This document shows, piece by piece, positions 1 to 9,428 of a DNA stretch of 64,000 nt. The translations under genes and the position numbers were made by a program. The notes below the pieces were generated by a model. That model had not been told where the DNA came from. It worked only from the letters and a program-made list of their open reading frames with translations, and did no database searches. The stretch spans positions 455,937 to 519,936 of the forward strand of contig OZ242029.1 of NCBI GenBank assembly GCA_965205015.1, read 5' to 3'. Within the stretch, counting starts at the first letter, position 1, and every line of letters starts with the position of its first letter. The DNA is from Candidatus Poribacteria bacterium (GTDB taxonomy: Bacteria > Poribacteria > WGA-4E > WGA-3G).

Positions 1-249
1 GCTTCTGCTTCAGTCCCATCGGGTAAAAAAGAGACGCAACTCCAAGAAACCATCGCCTTGGCTGAAAAAGCCGTCCGTTTAGCACCCATCCCACAATACC
101 TACAGACCCTCGCCTTAGCCTACTTTCAGGCAGGCGCGCATCAAAAAGCGTTGAAAGCGATTCGGACCGCCATTGAAATGGAACCCGAAAACGATGCATT
201 TCGACAGACACTGAGAAAAATAAAAAAGGCAGATGAAAAGACGAAGTAG
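1..249 (+). CDS. C-terminal fragment of a TPR-repeat protein; the ORF runs off the 5' edge of the window
   Basis: Frame 1 is open from position 1 to the stop at 249. TPR-like residues are present (LALAYFQAGAHQKALKAIRTAIEMEPEND). Confidence 0.5.
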   Translation, partial: ASASVPSGKKETQLQETIALAEKAVRLAPIPQYLQTLALAYFQAGAHQKALKAIRTAIEMEPENDAFRQTLRKIKKADEKTK

Positions 250-1915
250 CATTATAGATCTCTTAATCCTGTTCCTAATCGCAATTGCTGCACAAAGCAT
301 CCTTATCCGTCTTGTGAGTGCGGATACCAACATCCAATTCGTCGATGTGACGCAGGAAGCGGGTATTCATTGGCAACACGTCGACGGACGGAGCGGACAA
401 AAGTATTTTATGGAGACGCTCGGCGCCGGTGCCGCTTTTTTCGACTACGACACGGACGGCGATCCCGATTTGTACTTCGTTAACGGTGCGCCGCTCCCCG
501 GTTACGTCTCGCCAGAAATTCCAACCAATTGCCTCTACCGAAACAATGGTGACGGCACGTTCACAGATGTCACCGAAAAAGCCGACGTCGGGGACACCGG
601 TTACGGACACGGATGCGCCGTGGGCGACTACAATAACGATGGTAAACTGGACCTTTACGTCACAAACTACGGGGTCAATCGGCTCTATCGCAATAATGGC
701 GATGGTACGTTTACAGAAGTCGCCGAATCCGCGGGTGTAACGGAACCTCGTTGGAGCACGAGCTGCGCCTTCGCTGACTACGATCGAGACGGCCACCTCG
801 ACCTCTACGTCGTCAACTACATCGTCTTTGATATTGATGAAAATCCGTGGTGCGGCTTCAAGGAAAAAGGGATTCGTGCCTACTGTGAACCCGATAACTT
901 CACCGCCCAATCCGACACGCTCTATCGCAATAACGGTGACGGCACGTTTACCGACGTTACAAAAACGGCGGGTATCCACAACACCACCGGCAAGGGTTTA
1001 GGCGTTGTTTGGGGGGACTATAATAACGACGGCACCCCTGATATATACGTCGCTAACGATTCCACAGAAAACCTCTTTTATCACAATAACGGGAACGGTA
1101 CTTTTGAGGAGGTCGGTTTCATGGTTGGCGTCGCACTCAGCGAAGATGGTGTCGCTGAGAACGGTATGGGCACAGCCTTCGGCGATTGGAACAACGACGG
1201 TTGGATCGACCTCACCGTCACCAACTATGCCCAACAGACGAACACCCTCTACCATAATGATGCAGACGGCTTCTTTACAGACGCAACAATCACAACAAAG
1301 ACCGCACAACTCACCTATCCCTATCTCGGTTGGGCAACCGCCTTTATCGATTACGATAACGATGGATACCAAGACCTCTTTGTTGCCAACGGGCATCTGC
1401 ATGAGAATCTCGCTGAACTTGGACAGGAAGGCACATACGGGCAACGCAACCTGCTGTTCCGAAACAACGCTAACGGCACGTTTACTGAAGTCTCTGAAAC
1501 CCTCGGTGCTGGTATGAAATTGGAGGACGTCAGCCGCGGCGCCACCTTTGCAGACTACGATTTAGATGGCGACATCGATATCGTGGTAACCAATTCCAAT
1601 ACCGCACCACGCCTTTTACGCAACGATGGTGGGAATCGAAGAAACTATTTGCAGATCCGATTGACCGCGACAAACGGCTCCACGGATGCGATCGGGGCGC
1701 GCGTCAAGATTACGACGGGAAAACTCACACAGACGCGTGAGGTCCGGAGCGGGGACGGCTACCTTTCACAACAAGATCTCATACTCCATTTCGGAATTGG
1801 GAACTACGAACAGGTGGACAGTATTGAAGTGTTGTGGCAGAGTGGAACAAAGCAATTGCTCGAAAGCGTCCGAGCAAATCAGGTACTATCGCTTGAGGAA
1901 AATCGCAATGAATAA
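233..1915 (+). CDS. Secreted FG-GAP repeat / ASPIC-UnbV domain protein (CRTAC1-like)
   Basis: The N-terminus is a hydrophobic signal sequence. There are repeated DxDGDxD / [13 protein letters not shown] FG-GAP motifs. The C-terminus ([36 protein letters not shown]...VEVLWQSG) is a typical ASPIC/UnbV module. Confidence 0.8.
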   Translation: MKRRSSIIDLLILFLIAIAAQSILIRLVSADTNIQFVDVTQEAGIHWQHVDGRSGQKYFMETLGAGAAFFDYDTDGDPDLYFVNGAPLPGYVSPEIPTNCLYRNNGDGTFTDVTEKADVGDTGYGHGCAVGDYNNDGKLDLYVTNYGVNRLYRNNGDGTFTEVAESAGVTEPRWSTSCAFADYDRDGHLDLYVVNYIVFDIDENPWCGFKEKGIRAYCEPDNFTAQSDTLYRNNGDGTFTDVTKTAGIHNTTGKGLGVVWGDYNNDGTPDIYVANDSTENLFYHNNGNGTFEEVGFMVGVALSEDGVAENGMGTAFGDWNNDGWIDLTVTNYAQQTNTLYHNDADGFFTDATITTKTAQLTYPYLGWATAFIDYDNDGYQDLFVANGHLHENLAELGQEGTYGQRNLLFRNNANGTFTEVSETLGAGMKLEDVSRGATFADYDLDGDIDIVVTNSNTAPRLLRNDGGNRRNYLQIRLTATNGSTDAIGARVKITTGKLTQTREVRSGDGYLSQQDLILHFGIGNYEQVDSIEVLWQSGTKQLLESVRANQVLSLEENRNE

Positions 1916-2306
1916 CATATCGGATGCCGTTGAACGTCATTATTGGAAAGCGGTCACTTTTCTCGTGATACTGATTTTAGTCGGTAGCGGTTTTTGGGGT
2001 GTGAGACGCTTTGCACCTGCGGTGTTCCTTGGCAAACCCGATTTAATTGCCATTCCAAACGAGGAACGTCCACAAAACCAAACAACACAACCACTAACAC
2101 CGAACAAGCCCGAACTTCTCAACATCAACACCGCCTCTGCCGAAGAACTCCAGACCCTCCCGAACATCGGCGTGCAAATGGCACAAAGGATCCTCGATTA
2201 TCGCGAGCGGCACGGCAAGTTTACCAGTGTAGAGGCTCTCCAGAACGTCAAAGGTATTGGTGCAAAGACTTTGGAGAAACTAAGACCTTTCGTCGATGCC
2301 AAATAG
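1908..2306 (+). CDS. comEA: ComEA-like helix-hairpin-helix DNA-binding protein
   Basis: The internal ATG at 1908 overlaps the upstream stop. A TM segment is followed by [55 protein letters not shown], the classic ComEA HhH signature. The longer ORF beginning at 1686 is frame-shadow. Confidence 0.8.
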   Translation: MNNISDAVERHYWKAVTFLVILILVGSGFWGVRRFAPAVFLGKPDLIAIPNEERPQNQTTQPLTPNKPELLNINTASAEELQTLPNIGVQMAQRILDYRERHGKFTSVEALQNVKGIGAKTLEKLRPFVDAK

Positions 2307-2882
2307 TTAAATTCCTATGCTACCGGCCTCTGTGAAAATGTGCTGAACCGGCACATCCCACGCCTGTGGGAACGTATCTTCTACAAGCTGTATCTCATAC
2401 GCCAATCCGATCGCCACAGCGTGTGGGCACTTCACGAGAAATCGGTCGTAGAAACCTTTGCCGTATCCGAGACGATACCCATTACGATCAAAAGCGACGC
2501 CGGGAACCACAATGAGTTGAAGGTGTCCGGTCGGAAAGATTGGGCATGCCTCGCTCGGTTCCAACATACCGTAGGAATGACGGACTAACTCTGTTTTCAG
2601 ATTTTGAATCCGTCGCGGTATAAGTGCCAGCTGTTCTGTATCTACAACAGGAGCGCAAACCTGTTTGCCTGAATCGAGTAACGCCTCAAGCAAACTGAGG
2701 GTTTCAACCTCGCTTCTCATATTCAGGTAGAGCATCACGGCGTCGAAACCCTCACGCCGTATCCAATCCGCAGCGGAATCAACGATACGCTGGCTGAGCC
2801 GTGTTCGCGCTTCTGGGGTGAGTGCCTCGCGACGGTGGAGTGTTTCCGCGCGGACGCGTTCCCGTTCGATCGCGGTCTTCAT
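2307..2882 (-). CDS. ygfA: 5-formyltetrahydrofolate cyclo-ligase (MTHFS)
   Basis: 191 aa with a conserved GYGKGFYDR motif near the C-terminus and overall MTHFS length and organisation. Confidence 0.85.
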   Translation of the reverse strand: MKTAIERERVRAETLHRREALTPEARTRLSQRIVDSAADWIRREGFDAVMLYLNMRSEVETLSLLEALLDSGKQVCAPVVDTEQLALIPRRIQNLKTELVRHSYGMLEPSEACPIFPTGHLQLIVVPGVAFDRNGYRLGYGKGFYDRFLVKCPHAVAIGLAYEIQLVEDTFPQAWDVPVQHIFTEAGSIGI

Positions 2883-2887
2883 CGTTT

Positions 2888-3175
2888 CTATTTCTGATAC
2901 CGGACTTTTCCAGCAACTTCCACGGTATCAACAATCGCCATGATCACAGCGTCGACCGGTTTGTTGCCCGTCACTGCGGTTTGACGCGCCGAACTGCCGG
3001 TGGCAACGAGAACAATTTCGCCGATACCTGCCCCGACTGCATCCACAGCAACAGTATATTGCCGATCAACCTCTCCGTTGAGATCCACATCTTGGACAAC
3101 CATCAGTTTGCTCCCGATTAATTTCTCATCTTTCTGCGTCGCGACGATTGTCCCGGTAACTTTTCCCAGGGTCAT
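2888..3175 (-). CDS. EutN/CcmL/PduN-family bacterial microcompartment vertex protein
   Basis: 95-aa protein (MTLGKVTGTIVATQKDEKLIGSKLMVVQ...GAGIGEIVLVATGSSAR) matching the EutN/CcmL pentamer fold. It lies 6 bp upstream of MTHFS on the same strand. Confidence 0.75.
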   Translation of the reverse strand: MTLGKVTGTIVATQKDEKLIGSKLMVVQDVDLNGEVDRQYTVAVDAVGAGIGEIVLVATGSSARQTAVTGNKPVDAVIMAIVDTVEVAGKVRYQK

Positions 3176-3403
3176 TTAATAAATACCTTTCGTTTCAGTA
3201 TAAGAATCGCGAGTGAAACTCGCTCCTACAAGAAGAATTTCTTTCAGCATCACCGGATTTGAGAGCGTCTACTTTACAAGAGTCGTAGTAATTATACACG
3301 GAATCTGCTGAAATTTCAAGCCTCAATCTATATTACCCAAAAAGTGCATCCGAAAATGTGTATAAGCGGTAGAACTGAAATGCCCATAGACCTCGGCAGG
3401 TGA

Positions 3404-3432
3404 AATTGACAAACGATCGACAATGTGCTAAA
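3404..3432 (+). promoter_or_regulatory. Putative sigma70-type promoter (TTGACA - 17 bp - TAAACT) upstream of the FAD oxidoreductase gene
   Basis: TTGACA is followed after a 17-nt spacer by TAAACT in the divergent intergenic region. A GGAGG SD sits at 3470-3474. Confidence 0.35.
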
Positions 3433-3443
3433 CTATCTTTATA

Positions 3444-4598
3444 GTGTTGTTTCGATTCTCTGGTAAAGTGGAGGATAACTTGAGCCGAAATCATGCCGAT
3501 GTCATCATTATCGGTGCGGGCATTATCGGATGCAACATCGCCTACGATCTCGCCAAACGGAACGTGAAATCGTTAGTGATTGATAAAGCATCCGCCGTTG
3601 GAACAGAAGCCTCATGGGCAGGTGCAGGAATTTTAACCTCACACGCCTCAACAGATGCGCCGTACCCAACCTTGTGTCGAGCGAGCCTTGCACGCTATCC
3701 GGCGTTAGCCGAAGAACTCCGAGCAGAAACCCTGATAGATATTGAGTTGATCCAATCCGGAACGCTGTCAGTATTCTTCAATCCAGCGGAAGCGGCAGGA
3801 TTAATCGGTCTCGCAGATCGGCGTGTGAAACGCGGCTTCTCAACCGAAGTTCTGACGGCGGAACAGGCATGGCAGTTGGAACCTGCGCTCTCAAAATCTA
3901 TTGCCGGTGCTGTTCTGTTCCCCGAAGACGCGCAAGTCCGTAATCCGAAGATGGTGACCGCACTCGCCAAGGGTGCAGCAAAACTCGGGGCGCAATTTCA
4001 AGTGGGCAATCCTGTTGCCGATTTTATCCGAGTGAGTGAGGGCGATAGAGAGCACGTTGTCGGTGTCGTCGTTAACAGTGAAACCTATTACGCCGACACG
4101 TTCGTGATCGCAGCAGGCTGCTGGACAGGGACGCTTACGGCTCAACTGGATGTCCCAATTCAGGTTGAACCCGCGAAAGGCCAGATCGTCCTCGTTGAAG
4201 CGATGCCACCGCCGTTCGAGCGAACGATTGATGGACTTGGCATCTACATCGTACCGAGAGCCGACGGTAAGATTCTACTCGGAGCGACGGTCGAATTTGT
4301 CGGTTATGACAAGACCGCCACTGTGGAGGGTGCTAAGCAGATGATCGACGCAGGAATTGCCATCGCGCCGCAACTCGCGCACAGTACTTTCGTGCAAACA
4401 TGGGCAGGTTTACGGCCCCATGCCAAAAAAGGACCGCTTCTCGGTTACCTACCGGGGTATGACAACGTCGTTTTGGCATCAGGGCATTTCAAAAATGGTA
4501 TTCTCCTCGCGCCGATTACAGGACACCTTATCGCTGAACTGATCACCACAGGACAGACATCGTTGCCCTTGGAACCTTTTCAGCCAACGACGGTGTAA
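3444..4598 (+). CDS. FAD-dependent oxidoreductase, DAO family (glycine / D-amino-acid oxidase-like)
   Basis: A DVIIIGAGIIGCNIAYDL Rossmann dinucleotide-binding motif lies close to the N-terminus, and length is about 370 aa. The true start may be TTG at about 3480, preceded by GGAGG. Confidence 0.8.
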   Translation: MLFRFSGKVEDNLSRNHADVIIIGAGIIGCNIAYDLAKRNVKSLVIDKASAVGTEASWAGAGILTSHASTDAPYPTLCRASLARYPALAEELRAETLIDIELIQSGTLSVFFNPAEAAGLIGLADRRVKRGFSTEVLTAEQAWQLEPALSKSIAGAVLFPEDAQVRNPKMVTALAKGAAKLGAQFQVGNPVADFIRVSEGDREHVVGVVVNSETYYADTFVIAAGCWTGTLTAQLDVPIQVEPAKGQIVLVEAMPPPFERTIDGLGIYIVPRADGKILLGATVEFVGYDKTATVEGAKQMIDAGIAIAPQLAHSTFVQTWAGLRPHAKKGPLLGYLPGYDNVVLASGHFKNGILLAPITGHLIAELITTGQTSLPLEPFQPTTV

Positions 4599-4689
4599 CG
4601 GACTATCTTTGCCTGTTTTGGAAACCCAATTTAAAGGTGTGAAATATTTTTTTAATTTTAAATGAATTGTTTCAAAATATATGGGTTAA

Positions 4690-4915
4690 ACTTTAAGTCA
4701 GTGACCTCGCCCTAAAGGGCGAGGCTTGTGCGAAGCGTATACCAAACGTTCACTCCACAAGTTAAACCATTGACTACAGTAAACTATCGCAGTATCTTAG
4801 CGTGGTAGCCAGTGCTATGTTTCAGATGCTCCCCAAGTCTGATTCCTCTCCGATACTGTGATCTGGATGGGGCAATATACAACCCGTAAGGGAGATTACA
4901 AACTCTGTTTGTGCC
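4690..4915 (+). ncRNA. Putative omega-RNA (OMEGA guide RNA scaffold) for the downstream IsrB
   Basis: This is about 220 nt of non-coding, structured sequence between the left hairpin of the element (CCTCGCCC-TAAA-GGGCGAGG, 4705-4724) and the isrB start. In IscB/IsrB systems the omega-RNA is encoded in exactly this position. It is not verified by covariance. Confidence 0.3.
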
Positions 4916-5957
4916 AGTCGTTGATCAAAACCAAAATCCACTGATGCCAACAACACCACAGCGTGCGGGAAAGTGGATAAAATCAGGAAAAGCCACACCC
5001 TTTTGGCGGAACGGTGTGTTTTGTGTCCGTCTGAATATAGAGCCTTCGGATAGATATAAGCAAGATATTGCTGTCGGCGTAGACCCCGGCAGTAAGAAAG
5101 AGGGCTTTACTGTGAAGTCTGAGGCACACACGTATTTGAATGTGCAAGCGGACGCACACCATAAAGTCGGTCAGAAAATAAAAAAGCGTCATGAGTTGCG
5201 GAGAGGTCGACGTTCCCGTAAGTGTCCGAATCGGAAAAACCGAACCAATCGTCTTGCAAACAGAGAGCGTATCCCCGCAGGCACACGCGCAAGATGGGAT
5301 TGGAAGTTGCGTATTCTTGACTATTTATCGAAACTCTATCCAATCACGCATGTGTGTGTTGAGGATATAAAGGCACGGACGATACAGCGTGCGAAGAAGT
5401 GGAATCAGTCGTTTAGTCCTTTGGAAGTCGGTAAGCAGTGGTTTTACACTGAAGTCAAAAAGCGGTGGGAGCTCCTAACACTTCAAGGATGGGAAACAAA
5501 GGAGATACGCGATAGATTGGGTCTGAAGAAATCGTCTGATAAACTATCAGAAACATTCGATGCACATTGTATTGATAGTTGGTGCTTAGCATATCAGACC
5601 ATCGGCGGTAAATCCATTGTAGACAATACTTCAATCTTCTGTATATCGCCTATCCCTATACGCAGGCGGGAACTCCACCGTCAGAACCCACAGAAAGGTG
5701 GCAAGCGTCCCCGTTATGGGGGCACAAGGTGTCTTGGTATTCCGAAGAATACATTAGTGAAGCATATCACAAAAGGACTCCTACGCGTTAGTGAATACCA
5801 AAAAGGTTGCTTGACCCTAAGTGAAATCCACAGTAGTAAACAAGTTATACTTAGGGCGAAACCAGACAGCTATAAGATTTTGAAAAAACTTAACTTTAGA
5901 TATTCATAAAACAGCGTCTACATCTCCGCCCTAAAGGACGGAGTTTTGACGCTGAAG
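4700..5957 (+). mobile_element. IS200/IS605-family-like non-autonomous element carrying isrB (no tnpA)
   Basis: The element is bounded by related subterminal hairpins sharing CGCCCTAAAGG: left 4705-4724, right 5912-5954 (CAGCGTC...CTCCGCCCTAAAGGACGGAG...GACGCTG). Boundaries are approximate. Confidence 0.45.
4911..5909 (+). CDS. isrB: IsrB (HNH-less IscB homologue; OMEGA RNA-guided nickase)
   Basis: 332 aa. It has an N-terminal PLMP domain (NPLMPTTPQRAGKWIKSGKA), RuvC-I (VGVDPGSKKEGFTV), an arginine-rich bridge helix (RRGRRSRKCPNRKNRTNR), RuvC-II (ITHVCVEDIKA) and RuvC-III (FDAHCIDSWCLA). There is no CxxC...HNH insert, so this is IsrB rather than IscB. Confidence 0.75.
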   Translation: MPVVDQNQNPLMPTTPQRAGKWIKSGKATPFWRNGVFCVRLNIEPSDRYKQDIAVGVDPGSKKEGFTVKSEAHTYLNVQADAHHKVGQKIKKRHELRRGRRSRKCPNRKNRTNRLANRERIPAGTRARWDWKLRILDYLSKLYPITHVCVEDIKARTIQRAKKWNQSFSPLEVGKQWFYTEVKKRWELLTLQGWETKEIRDRLGLKKSSDKLSETFDAHCIDSWCLAYQTIGGKSIVDNTSIFCISPIPIRRRELHRQNPQKGGKRPRYGGTRCLGIPKNTLVKHITKGLLRVSEYQKGCLTLSEIHSSKQVILRAKPDSYKILKKLNFRYS

Positions 5958-6291
5958 AATTGATAATCTTTTTAATGATCGAAAAAGGGTATAAAACACT
6001 ACCCTTATCTGACGAATAAACTTAGAAAGGAGTTTTCAAAATGCGTCAGTACGTTTTGTGTTTAACGGAGGCAATGCCTCACGCTGGAGATGAACGTGAC
6101 AATTCTTTGGGGGATTGGATCTCCCTGAAGGCACGGGCATCTAAAATTGCCAATGCATGTCGTTATTGGACGAAGACCCGATTATGGAGAAGGCACAGAC
6201 CGAGGAGTGAACAAGCAGGCATCCTCCGTTACGGAACGGAAGGAGGGGTGCGCGCCTTCGCTTGAGAAACTCCTCTCTTGAGGAGACAAGC

Positions 6292-6882
6292 ATGTTACAC
6301 ACTGACGAACAGTTGATGCTCTCTGTGAAGGATGGAAACAGAGATGCATTCCGAATTTTAACCGAGCGGCATTATACAAACACTTTAAATTTTATCTATC
6401 GATTTGTCAAAAACCGGACGCTTGCGGAAGACCTCTGTCAAGAGACGTTCCTACGGGTGTGGCGCTGTGTGCCAACCTATCGCCCAATTGCGAAATTTAG
6501 AACGTTCCTCTATCACATCGCCAAAAACGTTTGTTTGAAACAGTTAGCGAAGGACCAGAGAACACCGCAGATCGAATCTTTAGATGCACCCTATAGCGAT
6601 GAAGATGAAAACTCTCACCCCGTTGCGGTTGCTGTCGCAGACACCAACTACTCTCCAGAGGCGCTGTTGATCGCCAAGGAGACTTACGAGGCAATTCAGG
6701 CAGCAATCAACAAACTGTCGCAAGAACATCAAGTCGTGTTTCGGCTGACAGAAGTTCAAGGATTGTCTTACCAAGAAGTTGCCGAGATCGTTCAATGTCC
6801 GATTGGCACTGTTGCCTCACGTAAAAACGCTGCGATTCGACAACTCCGGAAATTTTTGGCACCCTACAGGACCAGTTTATAA
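6292..6882 (+). CDS. ECF (sigma-70 family) RNA polymerase sigma factor
   Basis: Region 2 (FRILTERHYTNTLNFIYRFVKNRTLAEDLCQETFLRVW) and region 4 (LTEVQGLSYQEVAEIVQCPIGTVASRKNAAIRQLRK) are both present. The start is taken at the ATG encoding MLHTDEQ. No anti-sigma gene is adjacent. Confidence 0.85.
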   Translation: MLHTDEQLMLSVKDGNRDAFRILTERHYTNTLNFIYRFVKNRTLAEDLCQETFLRVWRCVPTYRPIAKFRTFLYHIAKNVCLKQLAKDQRTPQIESLDAPYSDEDENSHPVAVAVADTNYSPEALLIAKETYEAIQAAINKLSQEHQVVFRLTEVQGLSYQEVAEIVQCPIGTVASRKNAAIRQLRKFLAPYRTSL

Positions 6883-6919
6883 TATATAGGTCCTTAGGCT
6901 TAAACATACAAACCCCCTT

Positions 6920-6961
6920 AGCACTCTGGCGTCCGGCTTCACGTCAGAGTGCTTTTTTTAG
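6920..6961 (+). terminator. Rho-independent terminator after the sigma factor gene
   Basis: A 9-bp stem (AGCACTCTG ... CAGAGTGCT) is followed by TTTTTTT. Confidence 0.5.
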
Positions 6962-7021
6962 AGCGATACCCACGGAAGCGTTAACAATTAATTACATCTG
7001 TACATTATTCGCAACGGTGTA

Positions 7022-7050
7022 TTGATATTTAATGCTGCGCATTGTATAAT
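7022..7050 (+). promoter_or_regulatory. Putative sigma70 promoter (TTGATA - 17 bp - TATAAT) for the HAD gene
   Basis: TTGATA at 7022-7027 and TATAAT at 7045-7050 with a 17-nt spacer. The HAD start codon at 7111 is preceded by GGGGGTAAGACA. Confidence 0.4.
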
Positions 7051-7110
7051 GAGGGAATCAGAATAGGTTGGTACTCCATCAGCGAAAAGACGGAATCTGG
7101 GGGTAAGACA

Positions 7111-7830
7111 ATGCAAAATAGACATGCCGAAGTGAAGGCACTCACATTTGATGTCTTCGGCACGGTTGTAGATTGGTACAGTTCCATTGTTGCTGAAGGC
7201 GAAAGGTTCGGGGACACCCACGGCATTGACATTGACTGGGCACAATTCGCCTTGAAATGGCGTGCTGGTTACGGTCCCGCGATGAACAGGGTTCGGCAAG
7301 GTGAATTGCCGTGGCAGAACATTGACGCACTGCATCGACGCATCTTGGACAGCCTCCTTGAGGCGTTTAACATTACAGGCTTGAGCGAAGCGGATAAAGA
7401 CCACCTGAATCGAGTCTGGCATCGACTCAAACCGTGGCCCGATGCGGTCAGCGGCTTGGCACGGCTCCGCACGCGATATATCGTCGCGACCCTCTCCAAC
7501 GGCAACGTTGCCTTGCTCACCAATATGGCAAAATTTGCGGGGCTACCGTGGGATTGTATCCTGTCTGCCGAGTTAACGGGGCATTACAAGCCGGATCCCG
7601 AAGTTTATCAAACCGCCGCCGCACTGCTCGGTTTGTCTCCCAATGAGGTCATGATGGTCGCCGCACATCCGGGGGATCTCCGCGCCTCGCAAGCCGTCGG
7701 TTTCCAAACAGCGTTGGTGCCGCGACCTCTGGAGTACGGACCCGGCAGAGTTCAAGGCGTAAATGCGCATCCCTCGGACCTCGTCGCCAGCGATTTTAAT
7801 GAGTTGGCAGATTTGTTAGATATCGAATAA
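7111..7830 (+). CDS. Haloacid dehalogenase type II (HAD superfamily)
   Basis: An N-terminal LTFDVFGTVVDW nucleophile motif characteristic of L-2-haloacid dehalogenases, with an HAD core. An internal start is chosen over the ORF start at 7042. Confidence 0.8.
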   Translation: MQNRHAEVKALTFDVFGTVVDWYSSIVAEGERFGDTHGIDIDWAQFALKWRAGYGPAMNRVRQGELPWQNIDALHRRILDSLLEAFNITGLSEADKDHLNRVWHRLKPWPDAVSGLARLRTRYIVATLSNGNVALLTNMAKFAGLPWDCILSAELTGHYKPDPEVYQTAAALLGLSPNEVMMVAAHPGDLRASQAVGFQTALVPRPLEYGPGRVQGVNAHPSDLVASDFNELADLLDIE

Positions 7831-7872
7831 GCGGCAGGAACGATCCCCTGAACTTAAATTGGAGAACACATT

Positions 7873-8892
7873 ATGGATAAAATCCGAATTGCTTTTATTG
7901 GCTGTGGTGGCATGTCATCGCAATTGCAACAGTGCATACCGATGGTGCCAGAATTTGAATTTGTCGCGACCTGTGATCTCGTGGAAGAGAAGGCAGCATC
8001 GAACGCCCGAAGGTTCGGTGCCCTTCGCCATTATACCGATTACAATGAGATGTTCAAAAACGAAGACCTCTACGCAGTGGCTGTCGTCGGTAGACCGGAG
8101 GACAAACTGCACCGCGACATCGGTATCGAGTGTCTCCAGCGCGGTTACCACATCTACACCGAAAAACCGCCTGCGACCACCGCTGAAGGCGCGAAGATGC
8201 TCGTCGATGCATCGGTTGAGAGCGGCAAAACGGGGATGGTCGGTACGATGTGGCGACACGCCCCTGCCCATCAGATTGCCAAACAGTTGATGGACGCAGC
8301 AGAATTCGGTGAAGCCTGCCAATATCATACCCGATATCTCGCCCCAAGTCCGCGTCTACAAGAGGCAGGGTCGCCGTTTGCTTGGCCCTTCATGCTCGAT
8401 CAGGTGATTCATCCGACCGATTGTATGCGCTTCTTTATGGGACAGGTCAGTGAAGTCTTTGCCCTGGGAACAATTGATGCAACATCGAGCACGGTTTCAA
8501 TGTCCGTGAACCTGCGTTATGAGAATGGCGGTATCGGTACAATGACGCTCGGCACTGGCCCGGTTTTAGAAGCCATGGTTTTCGCTAAAGGCACCGGTAA
8601 TCAGGCGATCCAAGTGTTGGAGACACGCAGACTGCGCCGTTACCGTATGCCGACATGGCTCGACGCGGGGGGTGGCTATGCCGACACACCTACCGAGGAA
8701 TGGGACCTCAACACCGCATTCCATAGCATCGGTAGACCGGGTTATCTCGAAGAGATGCAGCATTGGGCAGCATCGCTGCAGGCGGGGACCCAACCCCACG
8801 CAAGCCTCGAAGATTCCTATCAGAACATGCGCGTTTTAGAGGCAATTAGCCACAGCATTGAAACCCGTGAGGTCGTTCAAATTCCAGTGTAA
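7873..8892 (+). CDS. Gfo/Idh/MocA-family NAD(P)-dependent oxidoreductase
   Basis: An N-terminal IRIAFIGCGGMS Rossmann motif, an EKP motif (IYTEKPPATT) and a MocA-type C-terminal domain. Confidence 0.85.
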   Translation: MDKIRIAFIGCGGMSSQLQQCIPMVPEFEFVATCDLVEEKAASNARRFGALRHYTDYNEMFKNEDLYAVAVVGRPEDKLHRDIGIECLQRGYHIYTEKPPATTAEGAKMLVDASVESGKTGMVGTMWRHAPAHQIAKQLMDAAEFGEACQYHTRYLAPSPRLQEAGSPFAWPFMLDQVIHPTDCMRFFMGQVSEVFALGTIDATSSTVSMSVNLRYENGGIGTMTLGTGPVLEAMVFAKGTGNQAIQVLETRRLRRYRMPTWLDAGGGYADTPTEEWDLNTAFHSIGRPGYLEEMQHWAASLQAGTQPHASLEDSYQNMRVLEAISHSIETREVVQIPV

Positions 8893-8967
8893 CGTATAGC
8901 ATAGACAGAGATTTAGTTCTTTCGTAACCTTGGTCCTTGAGCAAACTCTTTGTATTGGAGATAAACA

Positions 8968-9174
8968 ATGAGACAAGTAGTTATTTACCCGGGCGAAGAT
9001 GGCTATTGGATCGCCGAATGTCCCAGTTTGCCCGGTTGCATCAGTCAAGCTGAAACTAAACAAGAGGTGGTCAGCAGTATTAGAGAAGCAATTGAGGGTT
9101 ATATTGTTGTGCTTAAAGAAGATGGACTGCCGGTTCCTGAAGAAAATTTTGAGGCATTGGTATTAGCCATATGA
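8968..9174 (+). CDS. HicB-like / UPF0150-family antitoxin-like protein
   Basis: 68 aa (YPGEDGYWIAECPSLPGCISQAETKQEVVSSIREAIEGYI) matching the HicB/UPF0150 fold. No HicA partner is adjacent. Confidence 0.6.
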   Translation: MRQVVIYPGEDGYWIAECPSLPGCISQAETKQEVVSSIREAIEGYIVVLKEDGLPVPEENFEALVLAI

Positions 9175-9186
9175 GTGGAGGCAGAC

Positions 9187-9417
9187 ATGAAAAAATTAGA
9201 CCGAATCCAGATTAATCCCAAAATTTGTCTTGGGCAACCTGTAGTTCGTGGGACCCGAATCACGGTAAGCGTAATTCTCAAATTATTAGCCAGTGGTCGG
9301 TCGGTTGAGGATGTTATTGAACTATATCCAGAACTGGAAGTTGCTGATATTCAGGAGGCAATGAAATACGCTGCTTGGATAGTTTCAGATCAACTTTTAG
9401 ATACGCAAGGGCTGTAG
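9187..9417 (+). CDS. DUF433-domain protein (antitoxin-like partner of DUF5615)
   Basis: INPKICLGQPVVRGTRITVSVILKLLASGRSVEDVIELYPELEVADIQEAMKYAAW is the DUF433 signature. GGAGG precedes the ATG at 9187. Confidence 0.7.
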   Translation: MKKLDRIQINPKICLGQPVVRGTRITVSVILKLLASGRSVEDVIELYPELEVADIQEAMKYAAWIVSDQLLDTQGL

Positions 9418-9428
9418 TAGGGATTTGA

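Noticed and set aside
275-1545. Several 60-234-aa ORFs on the minus strand and in alternative frames inside the FG-GAP gene
   Set aside because: They are fully embedded in a strongly supported 560-aa gene with clear repeats and have no motifs or start signals.
1686-1907. Upstream extension of the ComEA ORF (start at 1686)
   Set aside because: It overlaps the 3' end of the FG-GAP/ASPIC gene in another frame. ComEA homology begins only after the ATG at 1908.
4600-4910. Possible tRNA or other canonical RNA gene in the long intergenic region before isrB
   Set aside because: No T-loop (GTTCRANYC) or cloverleaf signatures were seen. The position and hairpin fit an omega-RNA/IS left end instead.
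6041-6265. 74-aa ORF between the IsrB element and the sigma factor gene
   Set aside because: There is no SD, no similarity, and arginine-rich low-complexity sequence. It is probably non-coding leader or IS-flank sequence.
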